Positions 8,850 to 18,250 of a stretch of 41,538 bases of DNA are shown here, in pieces. The stretch covers positions 1 through 41,538 of the forward strand of contig PXUB01000020.1 in the NCBI GenBank assembly GCA_003009755.1. Direction: 5' to 3'. The DNA comes from Thermoplasmatales archaeon SW_10_69_26 (GTDB lineage: Archaea; Thermoplasmatota; SW-10-69-26). Under the pieces are notes generated by a model that saw only the letters and a program-made list of their open reading frames with translations, made no database searches and had not been told where the DNA came from. Each line of letters starts with the position of its first letter. Within the stretch, counting starts at the first letter, position 1. A program made the translations under genes and the position numbers.

Positions 8850-10442
8850 ATGCCGGAGGATGCGGACCCGTTCGCGTTGCCCGAGCGGTGGGTCCACGCC
8901 GACGCCTCGCCCACCTGGTCCCAGCTCGGCGAGGGCACCGTCGCCTTCGTCCGCTGGCGGTTGGATCGGTGGTCGAGCCTCGAACGCCTGCACGAGCTGG
9001 ACCTGGCCACCCGCGAGATGGATCGGGAAGCCGTCACCGTCGGCCTCCACCTTCCCAAGCGAGGCGCCGATCTCCAACGGGTGCGGACCGTGCTCTTGGC
9101 TCGGGGATCGAGGACGCCGACCGGGCTCGTAGACGAGGCCGAGGGCGGCGGCCCGCCGGGCACCGTGACGTTGGTCGTCGACGGCGAGATCGTCGACACC
9201 TTCGGCCCCGGGACCCCCGTTGAGGCGATCGTCGACCACGTCCAGAGCCTCGACAGGTCGTCGTCGCCCCGTTGGGAGCCGAGAGGGGACGCCCCCGGGC
9301 CCTGGCCGCTGGCCTTCCCCCACGACGTGGACGTTGGCGGATCGCGGGTCGCGGTCGCCGACACCGGGCACCACCGCGTGCTCGTCGCCCGCCCCGGCGG
9401 TGACATCCTCCACCTCGTCGGCGACGGCGTCCCCGACCACCGGGACGGCGAGCTGTCGGCGGCGCGCTTCCACTCGCCCCGCAGCCTCTGCTGGCGAGGC
9501 GAGGAGCTGCTCGTCGCCGACACCGGCAACGACCGGATCCGCTCGGTCGACCCGGTGCACGGCGAGGTGACCACGATCGCCCACGCCCCCGAGGGAAGCC
9601 TGCCGGTCGGTCTCACCGAGCGGCCCACCGGCGAGGTGATCGTCGCCCTGCCGGGCGAGGGCCAGCTGGCCCGCCTCGAAGAGGATGACCTGGCCGTGCT
9701 CGATGAGTGTTCGGCCGTGGTCGAGCACCCTGTGGATCTGGCCCAGCGCGGGGAGCGGCTGCTCGTCGCCGACCTGGCCGGCCCCTCGATCGAGGCGATC
9801 GGTCCCGAGGGGTCAGCCGACACGCTAGCCGAGGGGGGCGAGATCGTCGAACCGCTGGGTGTGTTCGCCGACGACCGTGTGCTCGTCGCCGACGCGGGCC
9901 GGGGCGAGGTGCTCGCGCTCGCGGACCCAGGTGATGGCCCGCTGGGCCCCAGCCAGGGCGTGCAGGCGCCGGCGGCGCTCGACCGCGAGGGCGAGCGGTT
10001 CGTCGTCGCCGACGGCGGCGGCCACCACCTGTGGCGGCGGCTGGCCAGCGGCGAGGCGTCGCCGGCGCGCATCCGTCTCACTGAATCGCCGCTGTCGCTG
10101 GCCGAGCACATCCGCCTGGATCCGGTGGAGATGGCGCCGGGCGGCCGCCTGGAGCTGTCGATCTCCTACATGTTGAGCGGTGGCACCGACCCGGACGAGG
10201 TGCAACCGCCGACGGCTCGGGGTCCGGTCGTCGGGCTGTCCTCCCCCGAGGGACCCGTCAGGGAGGAGGGCCGGATCCGGACGGAGGTCACCGGCCAGGT
10301 GGCGGGCAGCGGCAACCTGCGCATCCGTTGGAGCCTCACCGAAGGCGAGCTCGGTCACGAGGCCGCCTGGGATCTGCCGATCGTGTTGCGGCCTGGCGCC
10401 GGGGATCGGTTGCGGTTGGCGTTGTCGACGAGTCCGCCGTGA
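8850..10442 (+). CDS. NHL-repeat protein with degenerate N-terminal thioredoxin-like domain (NHLRC2/SOQ1-like architecture)
   Basis: NHL repeats (LAFPHDV, VADTGHHRV, ARFHSPRSL, VADTGNDRIR). N-terminal VGLHLPK resembles the IGVHSPKF segment of NHLRC2-like proteins. Confidence 0.8.
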   Translation: MPEDADPFALPERWVHADASPTWSQLGEGTVAFVRWRLDRWSSLERLHELDLATREMDREAVTVGLHLPKRGADLQRVRTVLLARGSRTPTGLVDEAEGGGPPGTVTLVVDGEIVDTFGPGTPVEAIVDHVQSLDRSSSPRWEPRGDAPGPWPLAFPHDVDVGGSRVAVADTGHHRVLVARPGGDILHLVGDGVPDHRDGELSAARFHSPRSLCWRGEELLVADTGNDRIRSVDPVHGEVTTIAHAPEGSLPVGLTERPTGEVIVALPGEGQLARLEEDDLAVLDECSAVVEHPVDLAQRGERLLVADLAGPSIEAIGPEGSADTLAEGGEIVEPLGVFADDRVLVADAGRGEVLALADPGDGPLGPSQGVQAPAALDREGERFVVADGGGHHLWRRLASGEASPARIRLTESPLSLAEHIRLDPVEMAPGGRLELSISYMLSGGTDPDEVQPPTARGPVVGLSSPEGPVREEGRIRTEVTGQVAGSGNLRIRWSLTEGELGHEAAWDLPIVLRPGAGDRLRLALSTSPP

Positions 10443-10550
10443 GAGCCCATCGCGTGCCCCGACCTCCCGAGGGACGACGTCCCTCGCGCTCACAATCGGT
10501 CGAGGTGCGGACCCCTCAAGCATATGTAGAGGGCGCCCCTCCGTGACACC

Positions 10551-10754
10551 ATGGGCAACGAAACCGAGGTCACCTGTTCCGATTGCGGCAAGGAGACGAC
10601 CGTCCCCTTCGAACCGACGAAGGGACGACCGGTCTACTGCAAGTCCTGCTACGAGAAGCGCCAGCGCGGCGGCTCCGGCAACAAGCAGCAGAAGTGGGAT
10701 CGTAGCGACTACGCCGGCTACGACCCGGACAAGCACGCCGCTGACGTCTCCTAG
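10551..10754 (+). CDS. CxxC-x17-CxxC domain small protein
   Basis: CSDCGKETTVPFEPTKGRPVYCKSCY is the family signature. Confidence 0.92.
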   Translation: MGNETEVTCSDCGKETTVPFEPTKGRPVYCKSCYEKRQRGGSGNKQQKWDRSDYAGYDPDKHAADVS

Positions 10755-11229
10755 GCATCTAACCCACCCCTTGGGGGGCCACCACCCCCGACAGACTTCT
10801 CTCCTTCATCCAGCTCCAGCGGTGACCGACAGCTTCGGCCGATCCACCGCCCGACACCCCTCGCCGTCGTCCAACGCACCGAAGCACCGGTTTACGCGGG
10901 TGTGTTCTGCCACAGCTCCCCCGAGTGCCCCCAAGGCAGCGAGGAGGTACCGATGACGGAGTTCCTCTCTATGGCATGGGGCCCCCAGGGCGCTGTACAC
11001 GGCCTTCACCGACGCGACGGTCGAGGAACAGGACGATGTGAGGGACCCTGACGTGGGAAGCCTCGAGGGCGGGCGGTTGACGGTTCGGCACCTCGACGTG
11101 GCGGGGCCCCGGCCGAGACCGGCGAGGAAGAAAGCTCCGCGCCGCGGGGGCCCTCGCTTCGGGGCCCGTCGACCGTTGATGCTCGAACGATCGTCTCCCG
11201 TCCCCCTTGCGGGCCTCCGGGCCCCACGC

Positions 11230-11260
11230 CCAACGCTGAAGAAGGAGCCCCTGCTACTGG
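11230..11260 (+). promoter_or_regulatory. Putative promoter of uvrB (motif shared with uvrA)
   Basis: ccaacgctgaagaaggagcccctgctactgg is 23/31 identical to 19360-19390 and ends 6 nt before the GTG start. Confidence 0.55.
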
Positions 11261-11266
11261 GGGACA

Positions 11267-13291
11267 GTGGGAAGTTTCGACCTCCAGGCTCCCTACGAGC
11301 CAGCCGGCGACCAGCCCGAGGCGATCGACCAGCTGGTCGAAGGCCTCGAGGCGGGCTACGATCGGCAGACGCTGCTCGGCGTCACCGGCTCCGGGAAGAC
11401 GTTCACGATGGCGAACGTGATCGAAGAGGTCGACCGGCCGACGCTGATCCTGTCCCCGAACAAGACGCTGGCCGCCCAGCTGTACGACGAGTTCATGAGC
11501 CTGTTCCCGGCCAACCGGGTCGAGTTCTTCATCAGCTACTACGACTACTACCAGCCCGAGGCCTACGTCCCGCAGTCGGACACCTACATCGACAAGGAGA
11601 CCGGCATCAACGACGCGATCGAGCAGTACCGGCACTCGGCCACGCAAGCGCTCGCGATGCGCGACGACGTGATCGTGGTCGCCAGCGTCTCCTGCATCTA
11701 CGGCCTCGGTGACCCTCACGAGTACCGCGACCAGCACGTGTTCCTCCGCCGCGGCGAGGCCTTCGACCGCGACGAGCTGCTGCGCAAGCTCGTCGACATC
11801 CTCTACGAGCGCAACGACGTCGAGCGCGAGCCCGGCAGCTTCCGAGCCAAGGGCGACACGGTGGAGATCGCCAGCCCCGACGGCGAGACCGTCTGGCGGA
11901 TCGAGTTCTGGGGCGACGAGGTCGACCACCTGTCGCGCATCCACCCGGTCACCGGCAAGGAGCAGCAGGCGCTCGACGAGCTCGTCGTGCCGCCGGCCGA
12001 GCACTTCGTGACGCCGCCGGAGGAGATGGAGTCGATCCTGCACAACATCGAGCACGAGCTCGATCAACGGGTCGCCAAGCTGGAGTCCAAGGACAAGCTC
12101 GTCGAGGCCCAACGCCTGGAGAACCGCACCCGGCAGGATCTGGAGATGATCCGCGAGATCGGGTACTGCAACGGGATCGAGAACTACTCGCGGCACTTCA
12201 CGGGGCGCGAGCCCGGCGAGCCGCCGTTCACGCTGCTCGACCACTTCCCCGACGACTTCCTGCTGTTCGTGGACGAAAGCCACGTCGCCGTGCCGCAGGT
12301 CGGCGGCATGTTCAAAGGCGACCGCTCGCGGAAGGAGACCCTGGTCGAGCACGGGTTCCGGTTGCCGTGCGCGCTCGACAACCGGCCGCTCACGTACGAG
12401 GAGTTCGACGAGACGATCGACCGGGCGGTCTTCGTCTCGGCCACGCCGGGCCCCCACGAGCGCGAGGTCTCCGAGCAGATCGTCGAGCAGATCGTGCGGC
12501 CCACCTACCTCGTCGACCCTCCGATCGACGTTCGGCCGCGCGAGGACCAGGTCGACGACTTGCTCGCCGAGATCCGCGAGAAGACGGAGGCCGGCGAGCG
12601 CGTGCTGGCGACCACGCTGACCAAGCGCATGGCCGAGGAGCTGACGACGTACTTCCGAGACGCCGGGGTCGACGTGCGCTACCTCCACAGCGAGGTCGAC
12701 ACGATGGAGCGCGTCGAGCTGCTGGAGGGCCTGCGACAAGGCGAGTTCGACGTGCTCGTCGGCGTGAACCTGCTCCGCGAGGGGCTGGATCTGCCCGAGG
12801 TGGGCCTCGTGGCGATCCTCGACGCCGACCGCTCGGGCTATCTGCGCTCGGATACGGCGCTCGTGCAGACGATGGGACGGGCGGCCCGCAACGTCCGCGG
12901 CGAGGTCGTCCTCTACGCCGACGAGAGGACGCCGGCCCTGCAGCGCGCCGTCGCCGAGACCAAGCGCCGGCGCCGCATCCAGCAGGCGTACAACGAGGAG
13001 CACGGCCTCGAGCCGCGCAGCGCCGAGTCGGGCCGCGACAGCGGCGTGTTCCCGATGCCGTTCGGCCGCGACGAGGAGATGGAGATGACCAGCGAGCCGG
13101 ACGTCGAGCCGGAGCCGGCCCCGGGCGAGGAGGCCGTGGACCTCGACGAGGAGGAGCGCCGGGAGCTGATCGCCCACCTCACCCGGCGCATGGAGAAGGC
13201 CGCCGGGGATCTGGACTTCGAGAAGGCGGCCGAGCTGCGGGACCGAATCGGGGAGCTGAAGGCGGCCGGCGAGGACAAGGTCGAGGCCTAG
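11267..13291 (+). CDS. uvrB: Excinuclease ABC subunit UvrB
   Basis: GVTGSGKTFT, NKTLAAQL, YYDYYQPEAY, DESH and NLLREGLDLPEV motifs, plus a C-terminal UVR domain (LDFEKAAELRDRI). Confidence 0.99.
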   Translation: MGSFDLQAPYEPAGDQPEAIDQLVEGLEAGYDRQTLLGVTGSGKTFTMANVIEEVDRPTLILSPNKTLAAQLYDEFMSLFPANRVEFFISYYDYYQPEAYVPQSDTYIDKETGINDAIEQYRHSATQALAMRDDVIVVASVSCIYGLGDPHEYRDQHVFLRRGEAFDRDELLRKLVDILYERNDVEREPGSFRAKGDTVEIASPDGETVWRIEFWGDEVDHLSRIHPVTGKEQQALDELVVPPAEHFVTPPEEMESILHNIEHELDQRVAKLESKDKLVEAQRLENRTRQDLEMIREIGYCNGIENYSRHFTGREPGEPPFTLLDHFPDDFLLFVDESHVAVPQVGGMFKGDRSRKETLVEHGFRLPCALDNRPLTYEEFDETIDRAVFVSATPGPHEREVSEQIVEQIVRPTYLVDPPIDVRPREDQVDDLLAEIREKTEAGERVLATTLTKRMAEELTTYFRDAGVDVRYLHSEVDTMERVELLEGLRQGEFDVLVGVNLLREGLDLPEVGLVAILDADRSGYLRSDTALVQTMGRAARNVRGEVVLYADERTPALQRAVAETKRRRRIQQAYNEEHGLEPRSAESGRDSGVFPMPFGRDEEMEMTSEPDVEPEPAPGEEAVDLDEEERRELIAHLTRRMEKAAGDLDFEKAAELRDRIGELKAAGEDKVEA

Positions 13292-13643
13292 CCTGCCGGA
13301 CTCGATGTGCGCAACATCTCGCGGCGGTCTCGGGAGACCGGCCACGGTCTTCCGAGAGTACGGGCGCAAGCCCGTGCGAGGGAGCGAGGCAAGGTCAAAG
13401 AGGCCGACGCAGGAAACCCCCTGCGGGGTTTCGATGCAGGCCGACGATGAGATCGGCCGCTCAGGCCGCCGCCCGAAGGGCCGCCCTCAGCAGGCCGACG
13501 CCGACGGGAACGCCCTCGCCGCTGCCGCAAGCGTTGTCGCCGTCGACATCGAAGTAGCCTCCGGCTACGCCTTCGTCTCGGCTCCGCGGTTTCACCGCCT
13601 GAGGCCGATCGAGAGCTTAACCCAAGCACAGCCGGCAGTCTAG
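13288..13643. mobile_element. 356-bp CTAG-bounded, hairpin-rich non-autonomous repeat element (family B)
   Basis: Left end CTAGCCTGCCGG; right end reverse-complements to CTAGACTGCCGG. Second partial copy at 41-113. At least 7 internal hairpins and no credible ORF. Confidence 0.75.
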
Positions 13644-13718
13644 CCTGCGGCCTCGCCGCGACCCAGGCGTAGGCGTGGACCGCCCCGACACCCAGCCCCG
13701 CAACCGCGGCCCTGACAG

Positions 13719-13889
13719 CGGGCTGTCTCGTTAAGCAGGGGCCGCGAAGGACACGAAGGATCGCCAAGGCCACGAAGGGCCGGTGACTCGCCGCCGGGCG
13801 GCCTTGTCACAGCAGCTGCTCGCCGTTGTGCCCTGGCGTCCCGTCGCGTACTTGGTGGCCCCCCGCCCGTTTCATATCCTTACAGCGCG
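13719..13889. mobile_element. MITE-like element family A, copy 1 (171 bp)
   Basis: Ends CGGGCTGT...ACAGCGCG. Flanking direct repeat GCCCTGACAG (13709-13718) / GCCCTGACGG (13890-13899). Homologous to 26642-26806 and 39261-39428. Confidence 0.88.
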
Positions 13890-13952
13890 GCCCTGACGGT
13901 GCGAAAAAGTTTTCCTATTGTGATTTCCTATCATATCAGAGGAGGCCATGGT

Positions 13953-16385
13953 ATGGCGAGGAGAGCAGTAGCGGTAGTCGCATGCGTATTGTTGATCGCC
14001 TCGGTCCTTCCGACGGCGCTGGGGAGGCACTTCAGCGTCGGGACGCGGGACTCGGTCGGAACCGAAGCGGTCGAGACACCGAACGAGAAGAGCGTCACCG
14101 ACGCCAATCACGCCACGGGCGTGAGCGAGGAATGCTACGAGCCGGATGGCAACCTGACCCAAGACCAAGCCCAACGCTCGCTAGAGACAGACCCGTTCTG
14201 TGGGAAACTGATCTACCAGAGCAACTTCCCCGAGCTGGAGCACTCCAGCTCCCGCGACCAGGACCTGCGGTCCACGTCCGAGCTCACGATCGGGCAGTTC
14301 GACGTCATCGCGACTAGCGTGATCGACGAAGACGAGGAGCCCTGCGCGCCCTTCTGCCGGGACCAGCCGGCTGAGACGGGCAATCTCACCTGGCAAGCCG
14401 TCCACGAGTTCGGATCTGATGCCGGACTGACCGAGGATCCCGATTCGGCGGACGAGCAGAACGAGGGCCCGCGCGACCAGTTCTACGGGGCCTCCATCCA
14501 CATCCCGAAGGCATCCTACGTCCTCCAGCAGAACACCGATGCCTGGCGGATGAACGGCTGGTGGTCGCCGGACGTCACGCACAACTACGTCGCGTACCTG
14601 TACGACAGCGAGGGCAACCCCATCGGTGACGACGACCTCCAGCAAGACGTCCCCAAGCTGCAGGAGAAGAGTGAGCTGTCCGACGCCGCCGAACCGCGCG
14701 TGTGCGGTTGGTCGGAGGACTTCGAGTTCACGTCGCTCAACTTCGAGGGCGCCAACTGCGAGATCCTGTTCGAGTACCGGGAGCCCGGGAACCGAGCTCC
14801 CGAGGACTCGGATTACGATGAGGGGTACAACGATCCGTGCAAGTCGCCGACGTGGGTCTGTGGCGGGTTCTCCGGCGGAGCCTGGTACTCGCAAGCGTAC
14901 TGCCTCAATTGCCAGGCCTCGCAGGTGACCGGCCCCAGCGAAGGCACCTTCCAGTTCATCGAATGGCACTGGCTGGTGGCGCCTGCCCCATCGGACTGCG
15001 GCGGCACCGTCCAACCCGGCGTTGCCTTCGAAACCGATGCCGAGAACCCGTACCTGGCGCACGATCTCGACGTCTGGACGCAGCCGACGGATCTCAAGAG
15101 CAGCGGGACGGCTCGCTCGACCGCGAACGCGGAGGACTTCGCCTGGGACAGCGCGAACGCCGAGGCCGACCGGGCTGTGGAGGGGGTCGTCGACCAGCTC
15201 CCGACCATCCCCAGCGGACCGGACAACCCCGTGAACAACGCGACGGACGTCGAGGTCCCCTCCCAAGTCAGCAAGGCAGACCGCGTGGAGCCGAACGCGG
15301 ACCCCGTCGCTGGGCTCGGCGACACCAGTCAGTCGTTGCCCGAGAGCGGCGGCACGCTCGACCGCAACCTGGAGAACGCTTGCCAGAACCTCAATAGCAA
15401 CGAGGAGCCCGACACGGTCGATCCGTGGGTCGACCTCGTCGACGGCGAGGTCGACTCCCCATCCGAGCAAGGTAGCGACAGCGTCGCGCTATACGCCAAC
15501 GGCGACGAGACGCAGGACAACGAGAACAAGCCCGGACCCAACCTCTTCCGGACCGAGGGCAACGTGGGCTTGTTCACCGACAAGAACGACGACGGCGACT
15601 ACGACACGCTGAGCGGGAACCCGACCGTGCTCAGCACCCGATCGCCAGCCTCGCTCTCGAGCGACAAGTACGACGACAACAACATCAAGACGACCGGGGC
15701 TTACCCGATGCTCTGGGACGTCTGGCTCACGGAGAACGACAACGGTCAGACCGTCGTGGACGAGACCGGCGGCTGCCAGCTGTCCGACACGGTCACGATC
15801 TCCGGAGAGGCCAAGGCCGCTGGCTACGGCCCCAACACGGGTCTCTTCCAGGTGGTCTACCTGAACGAACCGACCACCGTCGTCCGCTCTGACACGGGGG
15901 AGACGCGGTCCTATCCCGGCGGGGACAACATCTACCTGTTCATGAGCCAGAGCGCTCGGCAGCAGTACAACCCGGACGACAGCTCGGCGAACGCCCTCGA
16001 CACGGCGATCGAAGACGCCATCCGTGCACTGCGGCTCGACATGGCCGACGATGCCGAGATCCAGATCCCCGGGGAGGACCTCGGCCTGGACTCCGACTAC
16101 TTCGGGCAATGTAGCGAGGACACGGGTGGCTTCACGCTCGAGTTCTCGTTCACGCACGACTGCAGCCTGGACTGCTCCGGCGACACCATCGTGACCGGCT
16201 ACACGTTCGAGGTCGAGCGACTCGACGGTACCCTGGGCGGTCGCGACGCGAGCTCGATCCCGCTGTTCGAGGTCGACAACCAAGCCTACGACTTCGGTCA
16301 GGGCGCCCAGACCTGGACCGACGTGGACCCGTTCGACAACAACCCCGATCGACAGGACGACGAGGACGACAGCCCACCGACGTGA
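13953..16385 (+). CDS. Large exported, highly acidic, Cys-containing protein (810 aa); candidate cell-surface/S-layer-like protein
   Basis: GGAGG SD, signal peptide MARRAVAVVACVLLIASVLPTALG and a D/E/N/S/T-rich mature region. AT-rich upstream region with TTTCCTAT twice. Confidence 0.85.
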   Translation: MARRAVAVVACVLLIASVLPTALGRHFSVGTRDSVGTEAVETPNEKSVTDANHATGVSEECYEPDGNLTQDQAQRSLETDPFCGKLIYQSNFPELEHSSSRDQDLRSTSELTIGQFDVIATSVIDEDEEPCAPFCRDQPAETGNLTWQAVHEFGSDAGLTEDPDSADEQNEGPRDQFYGASIHIPKASYVLQQNTDAWRMNGWWSPDVTHNYVAYLYDSEGNPIGDDDLQQDVPKLQEKSELSDAAEPRVCGWSEDFEFTSLNFEGANCEILFEYREPGNRAPEDSDYDEGYNDPCKSPTWVCGGFSGGAWYSQAYCLNCQASQVTGPSEGTFQFIEWHWLVAPAPSDCGGTVQPGVAFETDAENPYLAHDLDVWTQPTDLKSSGTARSTANAEDFAWDSANAEADRAVEGVVDQLPTIPSGPDNPVNNATDVEVPSQVSKADRVEPNADPVAGLGDTSQSLPESGGTLDRNLENACQNLNSNEEPDTVDPWVDLVDGEVDSPSEQGSDSVALYANGDETQDNENKPGPNLFRTEGNVGLFTDKNDDGDYDTLSGNPTVLSTRSPASLSSDKYDDNNIKTTGAYPMLWDVWLTENDNGQTVVDETGGCQLSDTVTISGEAKAAGYGPNTGLFQVVYLNEPTTVVRSDTGETRSYPGGDNIYLFMSQSARQQYNPDDSSANALDTAIEDAIRALRLDMADDAEIQIPGEDLGLDSDYFGQCSEDTGGFTLEFSFTHDCSLDCSGDTIVTGYTFEVERLDGTLGGRDASSIPLFEVDNQAYDFGQGAQTWTDVDPFDNNPDRQDDEDDSPPT

Positions 16386-16403
16386 TGGCCGTCCGCGGAT
16401 CGT

Positions 16404-16445
16404 AGGGCCCCACGGGCCCCTCCCCTCTTCTCCGTTCTCTTCTCG
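16404..16445 (+). terminator. Putative terminator
   Basis: GGGCCC-cac-GGGCCC hairpin followed by a T/C tract just after the stop of the 810-aa gene. Confidence 0.5.
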
Positions 16446-16479
16446 ACCCCACAGCGGCGGCTGGGGACGGACACCCGCG

Positions 16480-16700
16480 CGCCTCCGGCTCAGCGCTCGA
16501 AACGGGTTGCCGAGCACGGTGCCGAAGGCGAGCACGGCCCTCCGGGGTCGAGGATGCCGGTCAACGGACCCGGGACGAGGTCGAGCCCGATCGACAGCAA
16601 GGGGCCGGACGGGCGTCGCTTCGAACACCTGGCTGCCGACGGAGCCCAGCCCGATGACGGCAGGCAAGCCGGCGAAAACCGTCGTCGGATCCAAGGCCAC
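16480..16700 (-). pseudogene. Frameshifted N-terminal fragment of a cation:proton antiporter (CPA1/NhaP-like)
   Basis: MALDPTTVFAGLPAVIGLGSVGSQVFEAT in one frame continues as LLSIGLDLVPGPLTGILDP in another, resembling the first two TM helices of NhaP-type antiporters. Confidence 0.45.
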
Positions 16701-16766
16701 GGCTGGTCGACGACGAAGCCGCGGAAACCCGCCGCGACCCTGCTCGGGCAGCCGGGGCTTCGGGTC

Positions 16767-17156
16767 CTAAGCGATCCCGAGGACCTCGCGGGCCTGATCC
16801 GCGTCGTCAACCTGGATCACGATCTCGGGCTCCTTGTTGGAGCCGTTGGCCGTGCCGTACATGTTCTCGATGTTGATCCCCTCCTTGGCCAGCCGCTCGA
16901 GCATGCCGTGGAGGGCACCCGGTTGGTTGGGCAGGCCCAGCGTCAGCACCTCGCCGGTGCGGATCTGGAAGCCGGCCTCCTCGAGGGCCTCCTCGGCCTC
17001 GTGGAGGGGATGAGCACGGATGCGGGCGAACCCGAAGTCGTGCTCGCCTTCGACCATGATCGACTCGATGTTCACGTCCTCGTCGGCCAGGACGGCGGTG
17101 ATCTCCGACAAGGCGCCCGGTTCGTTCTCGATGAAGACGGTGAGCTGTCGGCCCAT
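16767..17156 (-). CDS. Tandem ACT domain protein
   Basis: QLTVFIENEPGALSEIT..L...VNIE and LPNQPGALHGMLERLAKEGINIENMY. Confidence 0.9.
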   Translation of the reverse strand: MGRQLTVFIENEPGALSEITAVLADEDVNIESIMVEGEHDFGFARIRAHPLHEAEEALEEAGFQIRTGEVLTLGLPNQPGALHGMLERLAKEGINIENMYGTANGSNKEPEIVIQVDDADQAREVLGIA

Positions 17157-17315
17157 GGAAAACGCAACATCGAACGGTAGTTGCGCTTTGGCCTTGAACG
17201 CATCGGTGGTGGCCGCGTCTCGACCACCTCGTGCCCGGCGTCGGGACCTTCCCTCGGTCCCTACGTCAGGCCCTCGACCCGGAGTATAAGGACGGGTAGG
17301 CACTCGTCGTCGCCG

Positions 17316-17849
17316 ATGGCGAAAGCTACGCTCGGCGGCGGCTGCTTCTGGTGCATCGAGGCTGCCCTCCAGCGGATCGAGGGCGTCGAGGAGGTCGTGC
17401 CCGGTTACGCCGGCGGCGAATCGGAGGATCCAACCTACCGCGAGGTGTGCGCGGGCGAGACCAGCCACGCCGAGGTCGTGCAGGTCACCTTCGACGGGGA
17501 CGAGCTCGGGTTCCGCGAGCTGCTGCACGTGTTCTTCTCGATCCACAACCCGACGACGAAGGACCGGGAAGGCAACGACGTGGGCTCGCAGTACCGCTCG
17601 ATCGTGCTCACGCACGACGACGATCAGCGATCGATCGTCGAGGACGTCATCGACGAGCTGGAGGAGGCCATCTACGACGACCCGATCGTGACCGAGGTCG
17701 AGCCCATAGAGACCTTCCACGTCGCCGAGGACGAGCACCAAGACTACTACGAGAAGAACCCCAGCCAGGGCTACTGCCGCGTCGTCATCGACCCCAAGAT
17801 CGAGAAGCTGCGCGCCCAGTGGAAGGACAAGATCGTCGAGGGCGCGTGA
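17316..17849 (+). CDS. msrA: Peptide methionine sulfoxide reductase A
   Basis: GGGCFWC, GYAGG..PTY.EVC, HAEVVQV, GNDVGSQYRS and AEDEHQDYY motifs. Confidence 0.98.
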   Translation: MAKATLGGGCFWCIEAALQRIEGVEEVVPGYAGGESEDPTYREVCAGETSHAEVVQVTFDGDELGFRELLHVFFSIHNPTTKDREGNDVGSQYRSIVLTHDDDQRSIVEDVIDELEEAIYDDPIVTEVEPIETFHVAEDEHQDYYEKNPSQGYCRVVIDPKIEKLRAQWKDKIVEGA

Positions 17850-17867
17850 GGGCGGACGAAGACGAGG

Positions 17868-18248
17868 TCACAGGCCCTCGACGGCGAGCCCGGGCACCAC
17901 CTCGAAACGCTCGTCGGACGAGAAGAGCACCTCGTCGTAGTGCAGCGCCGTCGTGGCGACTTGCAAGTCGTGCCATCCGAGGGTCCCCCCAGCCCTCATC
18001 AACTCGTGTTGGATGCGGGCGCTCTCGTCAGCCATTTGGCGGGTGAACGGCTCGAAGCCGACCGCTGCCTCCAGCGTCTCCCGAGCCTCATCGCGCTCTC
18101 GTGGTGGGAAACCCGAGAGGTACTCCGTCCAGACCGCCGCGGGAACCCTGACCGGCTCTCGACCGGCTTGGAGATCGAGGTATCTCTCCTCGGCCTTCCC
18201 CTTGCCTTGCTCGAGGGAGACGAGAAAGGTGGTATCGAGAACGGCCAT
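17868..18248 (-). CDS. vapC: PIN domain toxin (VapC)
   Basis: MAVLDTTFLV, E in TEYLSG, DLQVATTA and SSDERF. Confidence 0.9.
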   Translation of the reverse strand: MAVLDTTFLVSLEQGKGKAEERYLDLQAGREPVRVPAAVWTEYLSGFPPRERDEARETLEAAVGFEPFTRQMADESARIQHELMRAGGTLGWHDLQVATTALHYDEVLFSSDERFEVVPGLAVEGL

Positions 18249-18250
18249 CC

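Noticed and set aside
13288-13643. Element B as RNase P or SRP RNA
   Set aside because: It lacks the RNase P GAGGAAAGUCC core and the SRP helix-8 motif, and it is multicopy with TIRs.
13288-13773. Minus-strand ORFs beginning MALAILRV... (also 38092-39315) and plus-strand ORFs starting inside family A
   Set aside because: They are translations of the repeat elements or antisense shadows of real genes.
13742-13778. Periodic repeats as a mini CRISPR array
   Set aside because: Units are 9-10 bp with no spacers, and there are no cas genes in the window.
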